Assembly (NCBI GenBank): GCA_963776245.1
Contig: CAVZLN010000006.1
Coordinates: forward strand, 416,001-480,000
Reading direction: 5' to 3'
Origin: Candidatus Eiseniibacteriota bacterium
GTDB lineage: Bacteria; Eisenbacteria; RBG-16-71-46
Length of the DNA stretch: 64,000 bases
The position numbers were made by a program, and so were the translations under genes. Below the pieces are notes generated by a model. That model worked only from the letters and a program-made list of their open reading frames with translations, did no database searches and was not told the DNA's origin. Position 1 is the stretch's first letter. Each line of letters opens with the position of its first letter. This document shows positions 1-9,352 of this stretch, in pieces.

Positions 1-182
1 AGCGCGCCGGTCGCCGAAGGCGCTTCGCGCTCGGCCTCGCCCTCGAGGATGTCGTTGCAGAGCTTCACGCACTCGCTGCAGATGTAGACCGACGGGCCCG
101 AGACGAGACGTGCCACCTCGTCCTGGCCGCGCCCGCAGAACGAGCAGCGGATGGGATGCGGCGTCGCGATGCGCTTCTTCAT
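1..182 (-). CDS. clpX: ATP-dependent Clp protease ATP-binding subunit ClpX, 5' part (runs off window)
   Basis: Manual translation from ATG 182: [46 protein letters not shown], the ClpX C4 zinc-binding domain; lies directly downstream of clpP. Confidence 0.95.
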   Translation of the reverse strand, partial: MKKRIATPHPIRCSFCGRGQDEVARLVSGPSVYICSECVKLCNDILEGEAEREAPSATGA

Positions 183-204
183 GACACTCCCGGCGTCAGG
201 GGTC

Positions 205-789
205 TCAACGGCGCTTCTCGATGATCTCGTCGATGATGCCGTACTGCTTGGCCTCGGCGGCTGACATGAAGTTGTTGCGGTCGGTGTCCTTCTCGAGCTG
301 CTCCAGCGTCCGGCCGGTGTGCTTCGACAGGATGTCGTTGAGCTGCTCCTTCATCTTGACCACTTCGCGCGTGTAGATCTCGATGTCGGTGACCTGCCCC
401 TGGGTGCCGCCCAGCGGCTGGTGGATCATGATGCGGGAGTTCGGCAGGCACGAGCGCTTGCCCTTGGCGCCCGCCGCCATCAGCACCGCGGCCATGCTCG
501 CCGCCTGCCCCATGCACAGCGTGGCGACGTCGGGCTTCACGAACTGCATGGTGTCGTAGATGGCGAGCCCGGCCGTGACCATGCCGCCGGGACTGTGGAT
601 GTAGAGGTTGATGTCGCGGTCGGGATCCTCGCCCTCGAGGAAGATCATCTGGGCGATGACCAGATTGGCGACCGTGTCGTCGATCGGGGTCCCGATGAAG
701 ATGATGCGGTCCTTCAGCAGCCGCGAGAAGATGTCGTACGAACGCTCGCCACGGCCGGTCTGCTCGATGACGAAGGGCATGTAGCCCAT
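205..789 (-). CDS. clpP: Clp protease proteolytic subunit
   Basis: [37 protein letters not shown] (catalytic Ser), RIMIHQP (His); GGAG upstream of ATG 789. Confidence 0.97.
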   Translation of the reverse strand: MGYMPFVIEQTGRGERSYDIFSRLLKDRIIFIGTPIDDTVANLVIAQMIFLEGEDPDRDINLYIHSPGGMVTAGLAIYDTMQFVKPDVATLCMGQAASMAAVLMAAGAKGKRSCLPNSRIMIHQPLGGTQGQVTDIEIYTREVVKMKEQLNDILSKHTGRTLEQLEKDTDRNNFMSAAEAKQYGIIDEIIEKRR

Positions 790-821
790 AGTCTGCCTGG
801 CTCCTTCCCGGACTCCGGTCC

Positions 822-2124
822 CTAACGGCCCGCGGGGCTCACCAGCGCCGATCCCTCGGCCGCCGGCTCGTCCTTCACGTCCGCCTGACTCATCACGTAC
901 TCCATCGCCTTGCGCTCGACCAGCGAATCGCGCAGCGCCTCGCGCCGCTCGGCCGACTGATAGCGCGCCCGCACCCGCGCCGCCTGACGCGGGTCGGCCT
1001 GGGCCATGCGCGCGATCTCCTGCGCCACTTCCTCGTCGCTCACCGCCAGCTCCTGCTGCCGCGCGATCGCGCCCAGCAGCACCTCGCGCCGCAACGACCG
1101 CTCGACGCCCGGGCGGTAGTGCTGCTCGAGCTCGCGCCGCAGCTCGTCCCGCACCGTGCGGCCCTCGGTCGCCTCGCTGATCACCCGGTCGAGCATCCAC
1201 TCGACCAGCCGCTCCGGGAGCTCGAACGGGTTCCGGCGCACCAGCTCATCGGTCAGGGCGGCCTCCGACTCGCGCATCTGGCGGGCGCGCTCCTCGCCCT
1301 CGAGGTTCTGACGGACGCGCGCGCGCAGCTCCTCCAGCGGAGTCGAGCTGGAACACCTCACGTGCGAAGTTATCGTCCAGATCGCGCAGCTTCTTCGCCT
1401 GGATTTTCTTGATGCTGAGGGCATAACGCATGGACTTCCCGGCCAGTTCCGGCGTGGGGTGATCGGCCGGGTAAGTCATGTCCACGACGCGCTCCTGGCC
1501 GGCCCGGGCCCCCAGCAGGGCGTTCTCGATCTCGGCCGCCAGGCCCTCGGCCCCCAGCTCCAGACGGCGCGCCTTGAGACGCGTGCTCGGCAGCCGGCGG
1601 CCGTTGGCGTCGAGGCGCACCGAGTCGAACAGCACGACGTGGCCGCGCTCGGCCGGCGCGTCGAGGTCCAGGAACACGGCCGAGTCCTCGCGCAGTCCCG
1701 CGATCACCCGCTCGACCGCGGCGTCGTCGATGGTGCGCACGGTGCGGCGCAGCGGCAGGTGCCGGATGTCCTTCGCCTCCACCTCCGGGCGCACGTCCAC
1801 CACCGCCTCGAACTGGAGCGGCTGGCCGGGGCCGAAGCGCAGGTCGCGGACCAGCGGCGGCACCACCGGCACCAGCCGGGACTCGGCGAGCGCCTCGTTG
1901 GTGACGCGCGGCACGAAGCTCTCGAGGAACTCCTGCTCGATGGTGGGCGCGAAGTTCTGGCGCACCAGGTCGAGCGGGGCCTTGCCCTTGCGGAAGCCGG
2001 GCAGCGCGGCGCGGCGCTGGATCTGGCGCGCGACGTGGTCGAGGCCTCGCTCGACCTCGTCGGCGGGGATCTCGATGTCGATGGTGTGCTGCCACGCTCC
2101 GGTGGCGCGGACCGATAGGTTCAT
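822..2124 (-). CDS. tig: Trigger factor, split by one extra base near 1340 (probable assembly error)
   Basis: N-terminal frame has the ribosome-binding motif GFRKGKAP and an FKBP-like region; the C-terminal domain ([13 protein letters not shown]...) continues in another frame; tig-clpP-clpX synteny. Confidence 0.9.
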
Positions 2125-2177
2125 GCGGAAGGGATCGCTCCTCTGGATGGGGATGGGTCGGCTCCGGGTCGAAGATC

Positions 2178-2259
2178 TGCGAGAGGGGGGACTCGAACCC
2201 CCACGAGTCTCCTCACTGGAACCTAAATCCAGCGCGTCTGCCAGTTCCGCCACTCTCGC
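2178..2259 (-). tRNA. tRNA-Leu (anticodon TAG), CCA not encoded
   Basis: Reverse complement GCGAGAGTGGCGGAACTGGCAGACGCGCTGGATTTAGGTTCCAG...GGGGGTTCGAGTCCCCCCTCTCGCA folds as a cloverleaf with a long variable arm. Confidence 0.95.
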
Positions 2260-2391
2260 ATCACACGGAGACGCCCGGCCGCCCCTGCGATCCGCTCGCG
2301 GATGATCGTGCCGGGTGTCGAGAGGCCCCCGGCCGTACCGGGGGGCGCGGCCGCGCGGTCGTGAATGGCGTCGTGCTCCGAAACGCGCGGC

Positions 2392-2400
2392 AGTATATCA
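2392..2400 (-). promoter_or_regulatory. Extended -10 element (TGaTATACT) upstream of tRNA-Leu/tig
   Basis: AT-rich consensus match in a GC-rich intergenic region, correctly oriented. Confidence 0.55.
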
Positions 2401-2468
2401 CAGCGCTCCGATGACGCTCCCGCGGCGCGGCTCGCGCTACCAGCGCGCCCGCCCGCGGGCCGCCCGCC

Positions 2469-3668
2469 CTAGAAGCCCACCCCGATGGTCGCCACCACCC
2501 GATCGTCGTACGACGTCGCCTTGCCCGCGCGGGCGAAGGCGCGGCGCACCACCGCGAGGTCGAGGCGGAACTTCTCATCGAACCGCCAGCCGGCGCCGAG
2601 CGTGTACACGCCGGCGCGCGGCTCGGGCACATCGGTCTGCGTCTCCTGTCCGCCGCCGAGGCGGAGCGTGAGCGGCTGCTCGGGCTCGGTGTACTCGAAG
2701 CCGAGCGACCACTGCGTGGCGGGACCGGCCCGCAGACCGGGGCCCCAGAGTGACGCCGGCGGCGGGACCACGGCGGGGCGCACGCCGGGCGCGTCCTCGA
2801 ACGTCTGTTCGCTTCGTCCGCCGGCCTGCGCGAGCAGGCGGACCGCGGCCGAGATCGCGAGCCGCGCCGAGACCCCGGCTTCCAGCGCCGAACCGCGTCG
2901 CACGCTGAGCGGCGTGTCGGAGTCGCCGGAGAACAGGCGCAGCGTCTGCTCGCCGGTCAGGGTGAGCGCCGGCACGGTGTGGAGCGCGGCGCCGAGCGTG
3001 AGGGCGCGACCGCCCAGCACCACGAACTCGGCCCGCCCGCCGGCCGCCACGCCATAACCGGTGCCCGAGAGCTTGACCTCACGCGTGCCCTGGCCGGGAT
3101 CGCCGGACACCTCGGTGTACTGGTAATCGTCATCGCGCCGGTTCCACTCGCCCGCCACACCGAGCCGCCATGCGCCGGCGCCGAACGACGCTCCCACGCC
3201 TCCGCGCATCTCGCGCTGGGTGGAGGTCGCCGTGACCACCGCCGAGGGCCCGCCCTCCTCGCCCCGGATGAACGCGATGTCCTCGCGCCGCAGCACCGGC
3301 TGCCAGCCGTAGGCGAACAGCGACATCCGGCCGGCCGTGAACGCGAGCCAGTCGCCCGACACGTCGAAGAACGGCGTGTCGTCGAGCTGCCGGTTGGCGG
3401 CGCGCAGGTCCTGGCGGCTCACCCGCTGGAGCAGGAGCGAGGCGCCCAATCCGTGCGCCGGGGCCATCGCGGGGTTGAGGAACGGTTCGTCGCCCAGCCA
3501 CCGGTCGGCCAGCGCCATGCCGCTCGAGGTCGCCGTGGTGGTTCCGAGGACGCTCCCGGGGAAGGAGTGCAGCTGGGAGCTGATCGGGGAAGGGGCCTGC
3601 GCGAGGGCCGGACACGCGCCGAGCAGCGTACCCGTCGCCGCGGCGAGGGACAGCATGAGTCTTCGCAT
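2469..3668 (-). CDS. Outer-membrane beta-barrel protein, possibly FadL/PorV-like
   Basis: Signal peptide (ALA-Q), N-terminal GMALA...FLNPA segment resembling the NPA hatch motif, amphipathic strands, C-terminal ...IGVGF. Confidence 0.6.
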   Translation of the reverse strand: MRRLMLSLAAATGTLLGACPALAQAPSPISSQLHSFPGSVLGTTTATSSGMALADRWLGDEPFLNPAMAPAHGLGASLLLQRVSRQDLRAANRQLDDTPFFDVSGDWLAFTAGRMSLFAYGWQPVLRREDIAFIRGEEGGPSAVVTATSTQREMRGGVGASFGAGAWRLGVAGEWNRRDDDYQYTEVSGDPGQGTREVKLSGTGYGVAAGGRAEFVVLGGRALTLGAALHTVPALTLTGEQTLRLFSGDSDTPLSVRRGSALEAGVSARLAISAAVRLLAQAGGRSEQTFEDAPGVRPAVVPPPASLWGPGLRAGPATQWSLGFEYTEPEQPLTLRLGGGQETQTDVPEPRAGVYTLGAGWRFDEKFRLDLAVVRRAFARAGKATSYDDRVVATIGVGF

Positions 3669-4886
3669 TCACGCTCCGTACTTGTCGAGACGCCCGGCGT
3701 TCGCAAGCAGTACCGCGATGAGGTCCCGGCTGGCAAGGACATTCAGGCTGCCGGCGCGGCAGGCCGACTCGTGGAACCGGGGCGCGGCGTCGGCCCCGGC
3801 ATGCGGTCCCAGCACCAGCACGGGCACCGGATGCCAAGAGTGGCTCTTCATCGACACCGGGGTGGAGTGGTCTCCTGTGATGCACAGCACGTCGGGTTGC
3901 AGCGCCATGAGGGTCGGCAGGGCGGCGTCCACCTGCTCGATGGCCTTCACCTTGGCCTCGAAGTCGCCGTCCTCGCCGGCCATGTCGGTGCCCTTCACGT
4001 GGATGAAGAAGTAGTCGAAGTCGGGCCACCGCTGGCGGGCGGTGGCGAACGCGTCGCCGGGGGTCTCGCCGGTGGGCTGCACGCTCATGCCCGCCAGCTG
4101 CGCCACCCCGCGGTACATCGGGTACGACGCGATCGCGCACGCGCGCAGGCGGAAGCGCTCGGCATAGCCGGGCAGGTGCGGACGCGCCGACAGTCCGCGC
4201 AGCAGCGCGGCGTTGGCGGGTGTCTCGTCCTTCAGCACCTCGGTGGCGCGCTCCAGGAAGCGGTTCGCGATCCGCGCGGTCTTCTCGGCCCCGGGGGTGG
4301 ATCCGAGCGCGTGCGCCGCGGGCACCGGCTTGCCCTCCCGGTGGGGATCGGCGTCGCTGACCTCGCCCGCGAGCCCGGGTCCGCGCAGCACGGCGACGAA
4401 TCGGTGGCCCTTCCCCGCCTGGAGCAGGAGGTCCACGTCCTCGATGCGCGACACGCTCCCGCGGAGCCGCTCCACCAGCGCGGCGCACCGCTCGCTGGAG
4501 ATGCGGCCAGCGCGGCGGTCGATGACCACGCCCGCAGAGTCGACGGTGCAGAAGTTCGCGCGTGCGGCGACGTCCCCGGGCTTCAGCTCGATGCCGGCCC
4601 CGAGCGCCTCGAGCACCCCGCGCCCGACCACGGTCGTGACCGGGTCATAGCCGAACAGGCCGAGATGGCCCGGCCCGCTGCCGGGCGTGATGCCCGGGGC
4701 GACCGGGAGCAGCCGGCCGAGCGCGGCCCGCGGGGCGAGCGCGTCGAGGTTCGGGGTGCGCGCGGCCTCGAGCGGCGTCCTCCCGTTCCTCGCCGGGTGG
4801 GGCAGGTCGCCGAGACCGTCGAGCACCAGCAGCACGATCTTCGTGGTGTGGTCGATGACGAGCGATTCGAGCACGGAGCTGGACAC
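3669..4886 (-). CDS. apgM: 2,3-bisphosphoglycerate-independent phosphoglycerate mutase, ApgM type
   Basis: LLVLDGLGD, TPLEAARTPNLD, PGSGPGHLGLFGYDP, HVKGTDMAGEDG, TGDHSTP, HSWHPVP. Confidence 0.92.
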   Translation of the reverse strand: MSSSVLESLVIDHTTKIVLLVLDGLGDLPHPARNGRTPLEAARTPNLDALAPRAALGRLLPVAPGITPGSGPGHLGLFGYDPVTTVVGRGVLEALGAGIELKPGDVAARANFCTVDSAGVVIDRRAGRISSERCAALVERLRGSVSRIEDVDLLLQAGKGHRFVAVLRGPGLAGEVSDADPHREGKPVPAAHALGSTPGAEKTARIANRFLERATEVLKDETPANAALLRGLSARPHLPGYAERFRLRACAIASYPMYRGVAQLAGMSVQPTGETPGDAFATARQRWPDFDYFFIHVKGTDMAGEDGDFEAKVKAIEQVDAALPTLMALQPDVLCITGDHSTPVSMKSHSWHPVPVLVLGPHAGADAAPRFHESACRAGSLNVLASRDLIAVLLANAGRLDKYGA

Positions 4887-5110
4887 GGCGCACTCCTTCT
4901 TCCCTGGACGGGCGGACGGATCCGGCTGGCGCGGGATCGCGCGGGAGCCGGGGCGCGGCGACTCTAGCGAAAAGCCCGGGGCCGTGCGAAACCCGCCCGG
5001 GGGGCGTGGGTCGGCATGCCTTGTCGCCCCTCACGGGCTCCCGTAGACTGCCGCGCCATCCCCGCTTCCGATCCGACACCGCCCATCCGCTCCACCAGGA
5101 GGTCCGTTCC

Positions 5111-5977
5111 ATGGCGATCCAGAAGGTCGGCGTGGTGGGCTGCGGCCTCATGGGCCACGGCATCGCGCAGGTCAGCGCGCAGGCCGGTTTTCCCACGGTC
5201 GTGCGCGAGGTGTCCCCGAACGCCCTCGCGAAGGGCATGGGCATGATCGAGAAGTCCCTGCGGGTCGGGCTCGAGAAGGGCAAGCTCACGCAGGAGGCGA
5301 TGGACCAGACCCTCGCCCGCCTCCGGGGCACGGTGGAACTCGCCGAGCTGGCGGGCTGCGACCTGGTGATCGAGGCGGCGAGCGAGAACCTCGCGCTCAA
5401 GCGCGACCTGCTCGGCGCGCTGGACGGGATCTGCGGCCCGGGCGCCATCTTCGCGTCGAACACCTCGAGCCTCTCGGTGACCGAGATGAGCACGTTCACC
5501 CGGCGCCCCGAGCGCGTCATCGGTCTGCATTTCTTCAATCCGGTCCAGTTGATGAAGCTGGTCGAGGTGGTGCGCACGCTGCGGACCGACCCCGCCGCGC
5601 TCGCCGACGCGAGCGCCTGGTGCGTCGCGCTCGGCAAGACCGTGGTGAGCACCGGCGACTCGACCGGGTTCGTGGTCAACCGCCTGCTGGTGCCCTACAT
5701 GATCGACGCGATCCGCGTGTTCGAGCAGGGACTCGCGAGCCGCGACGACATCGACAACGCGATGCGCCTCGGGTGTGGCTACCCGATGGGCCCCCTGTTG
5801 CTCGCCGACTACGTCGGGCTCGACACCACCTTCGCGATCGCCGAGATCATGTTCGACGAATTCCGGGAGCCGCGCTTCGCGCCCCCGCCCCTGCTCAAGC
5901 GGATGGTCCTGGCGGGCCGCTTCGGCCGCAAGAGCGGACGCGGGTTCTACGACTGGAGCACCCAGCCACCGTCGTGA
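5111..5977 (+). CDS. hbd: 3-hydroxybutyryl-CoA / 3-hydroxyacyl-CoA dehydrogenase
   Basis: GCGLMGHGIA Rossmann motif, FASNTSS, GLHFFNPV, GFVVNR, GYPMGP; AGGAGG RBS before ATG 5111. Confidence 0.9.
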   Translation: MAIQKVGVVGCGLMGHGIAQVSAQAGFPTVVREVSPNALAKGMGMIEKSLRVGLEKGKLTQEAMDQTLARLRGTVELAELAGCDLVIEAASENLALKRDLLGALDGICGPGAIFASNTSSLSVTEMSTFTRRPERVIGLHFFNPVQLMKLVEVVRTLRTDPAALADASAWCVALGKTVVSTGDSTGFVVNRLLVPYMIDAIRVFEQGLASRDDIDNAMRLGCGYPMGPLLLADYVGLDTTFAIAEIMFDEFREPRFAPPPLLKRMVLAGRFGRKSGRGFYDWSTQPPS

Positions 5978-6057
5978 ACCGGCGCGGCCGGGGCCGGGTC
6001 GAGAGGCTCGGTCGGCGCCGCCCGGACTCCGCGCCTTCACCCCCGCAGGAGGGATCC

Positions 6058-6891
6058 ATGAGCACTTCCCGCATCGCCGTCCTCGGCGCGGGCAAGCTGG
6101 GCGAGACGCTGGTGCGCGGTCTCATCGCCGCGGGCCGCGTCCGGCCCGGGGACGTGACCGTGACGGCCGCTCACCCGGAACGGGTCGCCGACCTGGAACG
6201 GCGCCTCGGTGTCCGCTCCGCGCCTTCCAACGCCGCGGCCGTGGCGGGCGCCGAGCTGGTGCTGTTGTGCGTGAAGCCCCACCAGGTGGACACCGTCCTG
6301 CTCGAGATCGCGCCGGTGCTGGGAGCCGAGCAGCTGCTGGTGTCGTCCGCGGCCTCGGCGAGCACCGCTTACATCGAGCGGCGCCTCGCCCCGTCGGTGC
6401 CGGTGGTGCGGGCGATGCCGAACACCCCCGCGGTGCTCGGCAAGGGGATGACCGCGCTGTGCGCAGGCACCCACGCGAGCGCGGCGCACGTGGCGCGGGC
6501 GCGCGAGGTGTTCGACGCGGTGGGACGCACCCTGGTGCTCGACGAGCAGCACATGGACGCCGTCACCGGGCTCTCCGCCAGCGGGCCGGCGTTCATCTTC
6601 ATCATCATCGAGTCGCTGGCGGAGGCGGGCGTGAAGGTGGGTTTGCCGCGCGCCATCGCCACCGAGCTGGCGGCGCAGACGGTGATGGGCTCGGGCGCGA
6701 TGGTGATCGAGACCGGCGAGCATCCCGCGAAGCTCAAGGACGAGGTGACCACGCCGGGGGGCACCACCATCGACGGCATTCTCGAGCTCGAGGACGGCGG
6801 CCTGCGGGTCACGCTCATCAAGGCCGTGGTGCGGGCCACCCAGCGGGCCACCCAGCGCGCGCGCGAGCTCGAGGCGGCGGCGCCGCGATGA
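6058..6891 (+). CDS. proC: Pyrroline-5-carboxylate reductase
   Basis: LGAGKLG, CVKP, VRAMPNTP, GLSASGPAF, VTTPGGTTIDG; AGGAGG RBS. Confidence 0.95.
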   Translation: MSTSRIAVLGAGKLGETLVRGLIAAGRVRPGDVTVTAAHPERVADLERRLGVRSAPSNAAAVAGAELVLLCVKPHQVDTVLLEIAPVLGAEQLLVSSAASASTAYIERRLAPSVPVVRAMPNTPAVLGKGMTALCAGTHASAAHVARAREVFDAVGRTLVLDEQHMDAVTGLSASGPAFIFIIIESLAEAGVKVGLPRAIATELAAQTVMGSGAMVIETGEHPAKLKDEVTTPGGTTIDGILELEDGGLRVTLIKAVVRATQRATQRARELEAAAPR

Positions 6892-6904
6892 TCGCGGCGC
6901 CGGC

Positions 6905-7429
6905 GTGAGCACCCCGCCGCTCGCGCCGCTGCGCGAGGTGGTCGCCGCGCTGGAGGGCTCGGGACTGGCGTGCGCGCTCGGCGGCAGCGGCCTGCTCGCG
7001 GCGCTGGGCCTGGTCGGGCACGTCAACGACTGGGACCTCACCACCGACGCGCCGCTCGAGGATGTCGAGCGCGCGCTCACCGGGCGCGTGATCGAGCGCG
7101 CGGGCCCCTCCGGCGTGCATGCCGACCACAAGGCGATGCTGGCCGCCGCGCGCACCGAGGTCATCGCGCGTTTCGCGCTCGTGGCCCCCGCGGGCCCGGT
7201 GCGCATCCCCACGGTCGTGACCGGGCGCTGGGAGGGGGTGCCGCTTGGCAGTCCCGAGGCGTGGGCCGTGGCCTACACGCTGATGGCACGGGCGGCGCGA
7301 GCCGACCTGCTGTTCGCCCACCTCGCCGGGTGCGGGGTGGACGAGATCACGCGCGCGCGACTGCTCGACGAGCCGTTACCGGTCGCCCTCGCCGCCCGCC
7401 TCCGGTCGCTGCCGTCCCGCCACGGCTGA
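6905..7429 (+). CDS. Hypothetical protein with a nucleotidyltransferase-fold motif
   Basis: LGGS...NDWDL pattern typical of the pol-beta NTase superfamily. Confidence 0.6.
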   Translation: MSTPPLAPLREVVAALEGSGLACALGGSGLLAALGLVGHVNDWDLTTDAPLEDVERALTGRVIERAGPSGVHADHKAMLAAARTEVIARFALVAPAGPVRIPTVVTGRWEGVPLGSPEAWAVAYTLMARAARADLLFAHLAGCGVDEITRARLLDEPLPVALAARLRSLPSRHG

Positions 7430-7472
7430 GCCCCGGCGCGCCGCGGCGCCGCACCGCGGGCCGGATGCGCGC

Positions 7473-7497
7473 GGGGCCGGTCATCGCGACCGGCCCC
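7473..7497. terminator. GC hairpin between convergent genes
   Basis: GGGGCCGGTC-atcgc-GACCGGCCCC perfect 10-bp stem; no U-tract. Confidence 0.4.
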
Positions 7498-7519
7498 GGC
7501 CCCGTCGAAGCGGCGACGC

Positions 7520-8668
7520 TCAGACCTCCCAGGGCAGTCCGGGCTTGCCGAAGTGACCGTAGTTGGTGGTCGAGCGGTAGATCGGGCGCAGCAGGTCCAG
7601 CTTCTCGATGATGAGCCCGGGCCGGAAGTCGAAGCGCGGACGGTTGCGCCTGTCCTTCGACCGCACGAACGACTCGGCCTTGCGCGGGTCGCCGGTGCCG
7701 AAGGTGTCCACCTTCACCGAGAGCGGCTCGGCCCTGCCGATGGCGTAGGCCACCTGCAACTCCGCGCGACGCGCGAGGCCCGCCTTCACGATCTCGCGCG
7801 CGACGTGGCGGCAGTAGTAGGCCGCGCTGCGGTCCACCTTCGACGGGTCCTTGCCGCTGAACGCGCCGCCGCCGTGGTGCGCGGCGCCGCCGTAGGTGTC
7901 GACGATGATCTTGCGGCCGGTCAGCCCGGCGTCGGCCGAGGGCCCGCCATGGTGCCACTCCCCCGCCGGGTTCACGTAGAGCTTGATGCCGTCGCGGTCC
8001 CAGCGCCCGAGCACGCGCGGCATCAGCGTGCCGCGCACGTAGTCGCGCACCTGCTCGACCTTCGAGCCCCGGGTGTGCTGGGTCGAGACCAGGACGGCCT
8101 CCACCCGCACCGGCTTGCCGGTCGCGTCATAGCGCACCGTCACCTGGGTCTTCGCGTCGGGGCGCAGGAACGCCACGCGCCCCTTCACCCGGTCCTCGCG
8201 CAGGCCGCGCCCGAGCTTGTGGGCGAGCAGGATCGGGAGCGGCATGAGCTCCCGGGTCTCGTCGGTGGCGTACCCGAACATGATGCCCTGGTCTCCGGCG
8301 CCCTGCTCCTCCTTGGACTTCTTCCTCGACTTGCCCCCGCTCACGCCGCGGTCGATCTCGTTCGACTGGGCGGTGAGCAGCGAGGTGATGAAGAGCGTGC
8401 TGTCGCAGAACGGCTCGCTCGGATCCGTGTATCCGATCTCGCGCACCGCGCGGCGCACCACGGCCTCGGTGTCCACCCGGACGCCGGGCTTCGCGCTGAT
8501 CTCCCCGGCGACCACGACCTGGTTGTGCTTCACCAGGGTCTCGCAGGCGACGTGCGCCTCGCGGTCCTGGGCCAGGTAGGCGTCGAGGATGGAGTCGGAG
8601 ATGTAGTCGCAGACCTTGTCCGGATGGCCTTCGGTCACCGATTCGCTGCTGAAGAGATAGCCGCTCAC
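7520..8668 (-). CDS. metK: S-adenosylmethionine synthetase
   Basis: SESVTEGHPDKVCD, GAGDQG, DAGLTGRKIIVDTYGG, HGGGAFSGKDPSKVDRS. Confidence 0.98.
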   Translation of the reverse strand: MSGYLFSSESVTEGHPDKVCDYISDSILDAYLAQDREAHVACETLVKHNQVVVAGEISAKPGVRVDTEAVVRRAVREIGYTDPSEPFCDSTLFITSLLTAQSNEIDRGVSGGKSRKKSKEEQGAGDQGIMFGYATDETRELMPLPILLAHKLGRGLREDRVKGRVAFLRPDAKTQVTVRYDATGKPVRVEAVLVSTQHTRGSKVEQVRDYVRGTLMPRVLGRWDRDGIKLYVNPAGEWHHGGPSADAGLTGRKIIVDTYGGAAHHGGGAFSGKDPSKVDRSAAYYCRHVAREIVKAGLARRAELQVAYAIGRAEPLSVKVDTFGTGDPRKAESFVRSKDRRNRPRFDFRPGLIIEKLDLLRPIYRSTTNYGHFGKPGLPWEV

Positions 8669-8744
8669 GTCGTGTGCACCTCGCGTCGGGGTTCCAGGAG
8701 ACGCGCCGGGCGCGTCGGGGACGATGAGGGGAGCGCGGCGGCGG

Positions 8745-9164
8745 CTACTCCCCGATGACCTTGATGAGCACGCGTTTCGTTCGGCGGCCGTCGAACTCGC
8801 CGTAGAAGATGCGCTCCCACGTGCCGAGATCGAGCCGCCCGGCGGTGATCGCCACCACCACCTCGCGCCCCATCACCTGGCGCTTGAGGTGGGCGTCGGC
8901 GTTGTCCTCGCCGGTGTCGTTGTGCCGGTACTGCGAGGTCGGCGCGTGCGGCGCGAGCCGCTCGAGCCACTGCTCGTAGTCGTGGTGAAGCCCGGATTCG
9001 TCGTCGTTGATGAAGACGCTCGCCGTGATGTGCATGGCGTTCGCCAGCACCAGCCCCTCCCGCACCCCGCTGGCACGCACCACGCGCTCGACCTCGTGCG
9101 TGATGTTCACGAAACCGCGCCGGGTGGGGACATCCATGGCCAGGTACTCGGTCCGGGACTTCAT
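8745..9164 (-). CDS. yjbQ: YjbQ/UPF0047 family protein
   Basis: [29 protein letters not shown]. Confidence 0.9.
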   Translation of the reverse strand: MKSRTEYLAMDVPTRRGFVNITHEVERVVRASGVREGLVLANAMHITASVFINDDESGLHHDYEQWLERLAPHAPTSQYRHNDTGEDNADAHLKRQVMGREVVVAITAGRLDLGTWERIFYGEFDGRRTKRVLIKVIGE

Positions 9165-9279
9165 CGGCGGCGCACTGTACCACGACGGGCCCCGCGTCGC
9201 GGAGTCCGGATGTCCGCCGGGTGGGCGCATCGGGAGCCCGCCCGGCGCGGAATCCCACGACGCGGGGCCCGTTCGCCGG

Positions 9280-9307
9280 TTGACCCACCCCGGCGCTTTG
9301 CTAGGCT
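9280..9307 (+). promoter_or_regulatory. sigma70-type promoter for the thiolase
   Basis: TTGACC-16 nt-TAGGCT with an extended TG. Confidence 0.5.
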
Positions 9308-9352
9308 GCTGCGCGGTCCGACGGTCCCGCGACCCTTCACCAGGAGCCTAAC

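Noticed and set aside
1330..1350. Programmed frameshift or pseudogene in tig
   Set aside because: One extra base (GAC TCC G CTG versus GAC TCG CTG), no slippery sequence, both halves intact, and other indels occur in the window; an assembly error is more likely.
8669..8744. SAM riboswitch upstream of metK
   Set aside because: Only 76 nt between yjbQ and metK and no recognisable SAM-I/II/IV core.
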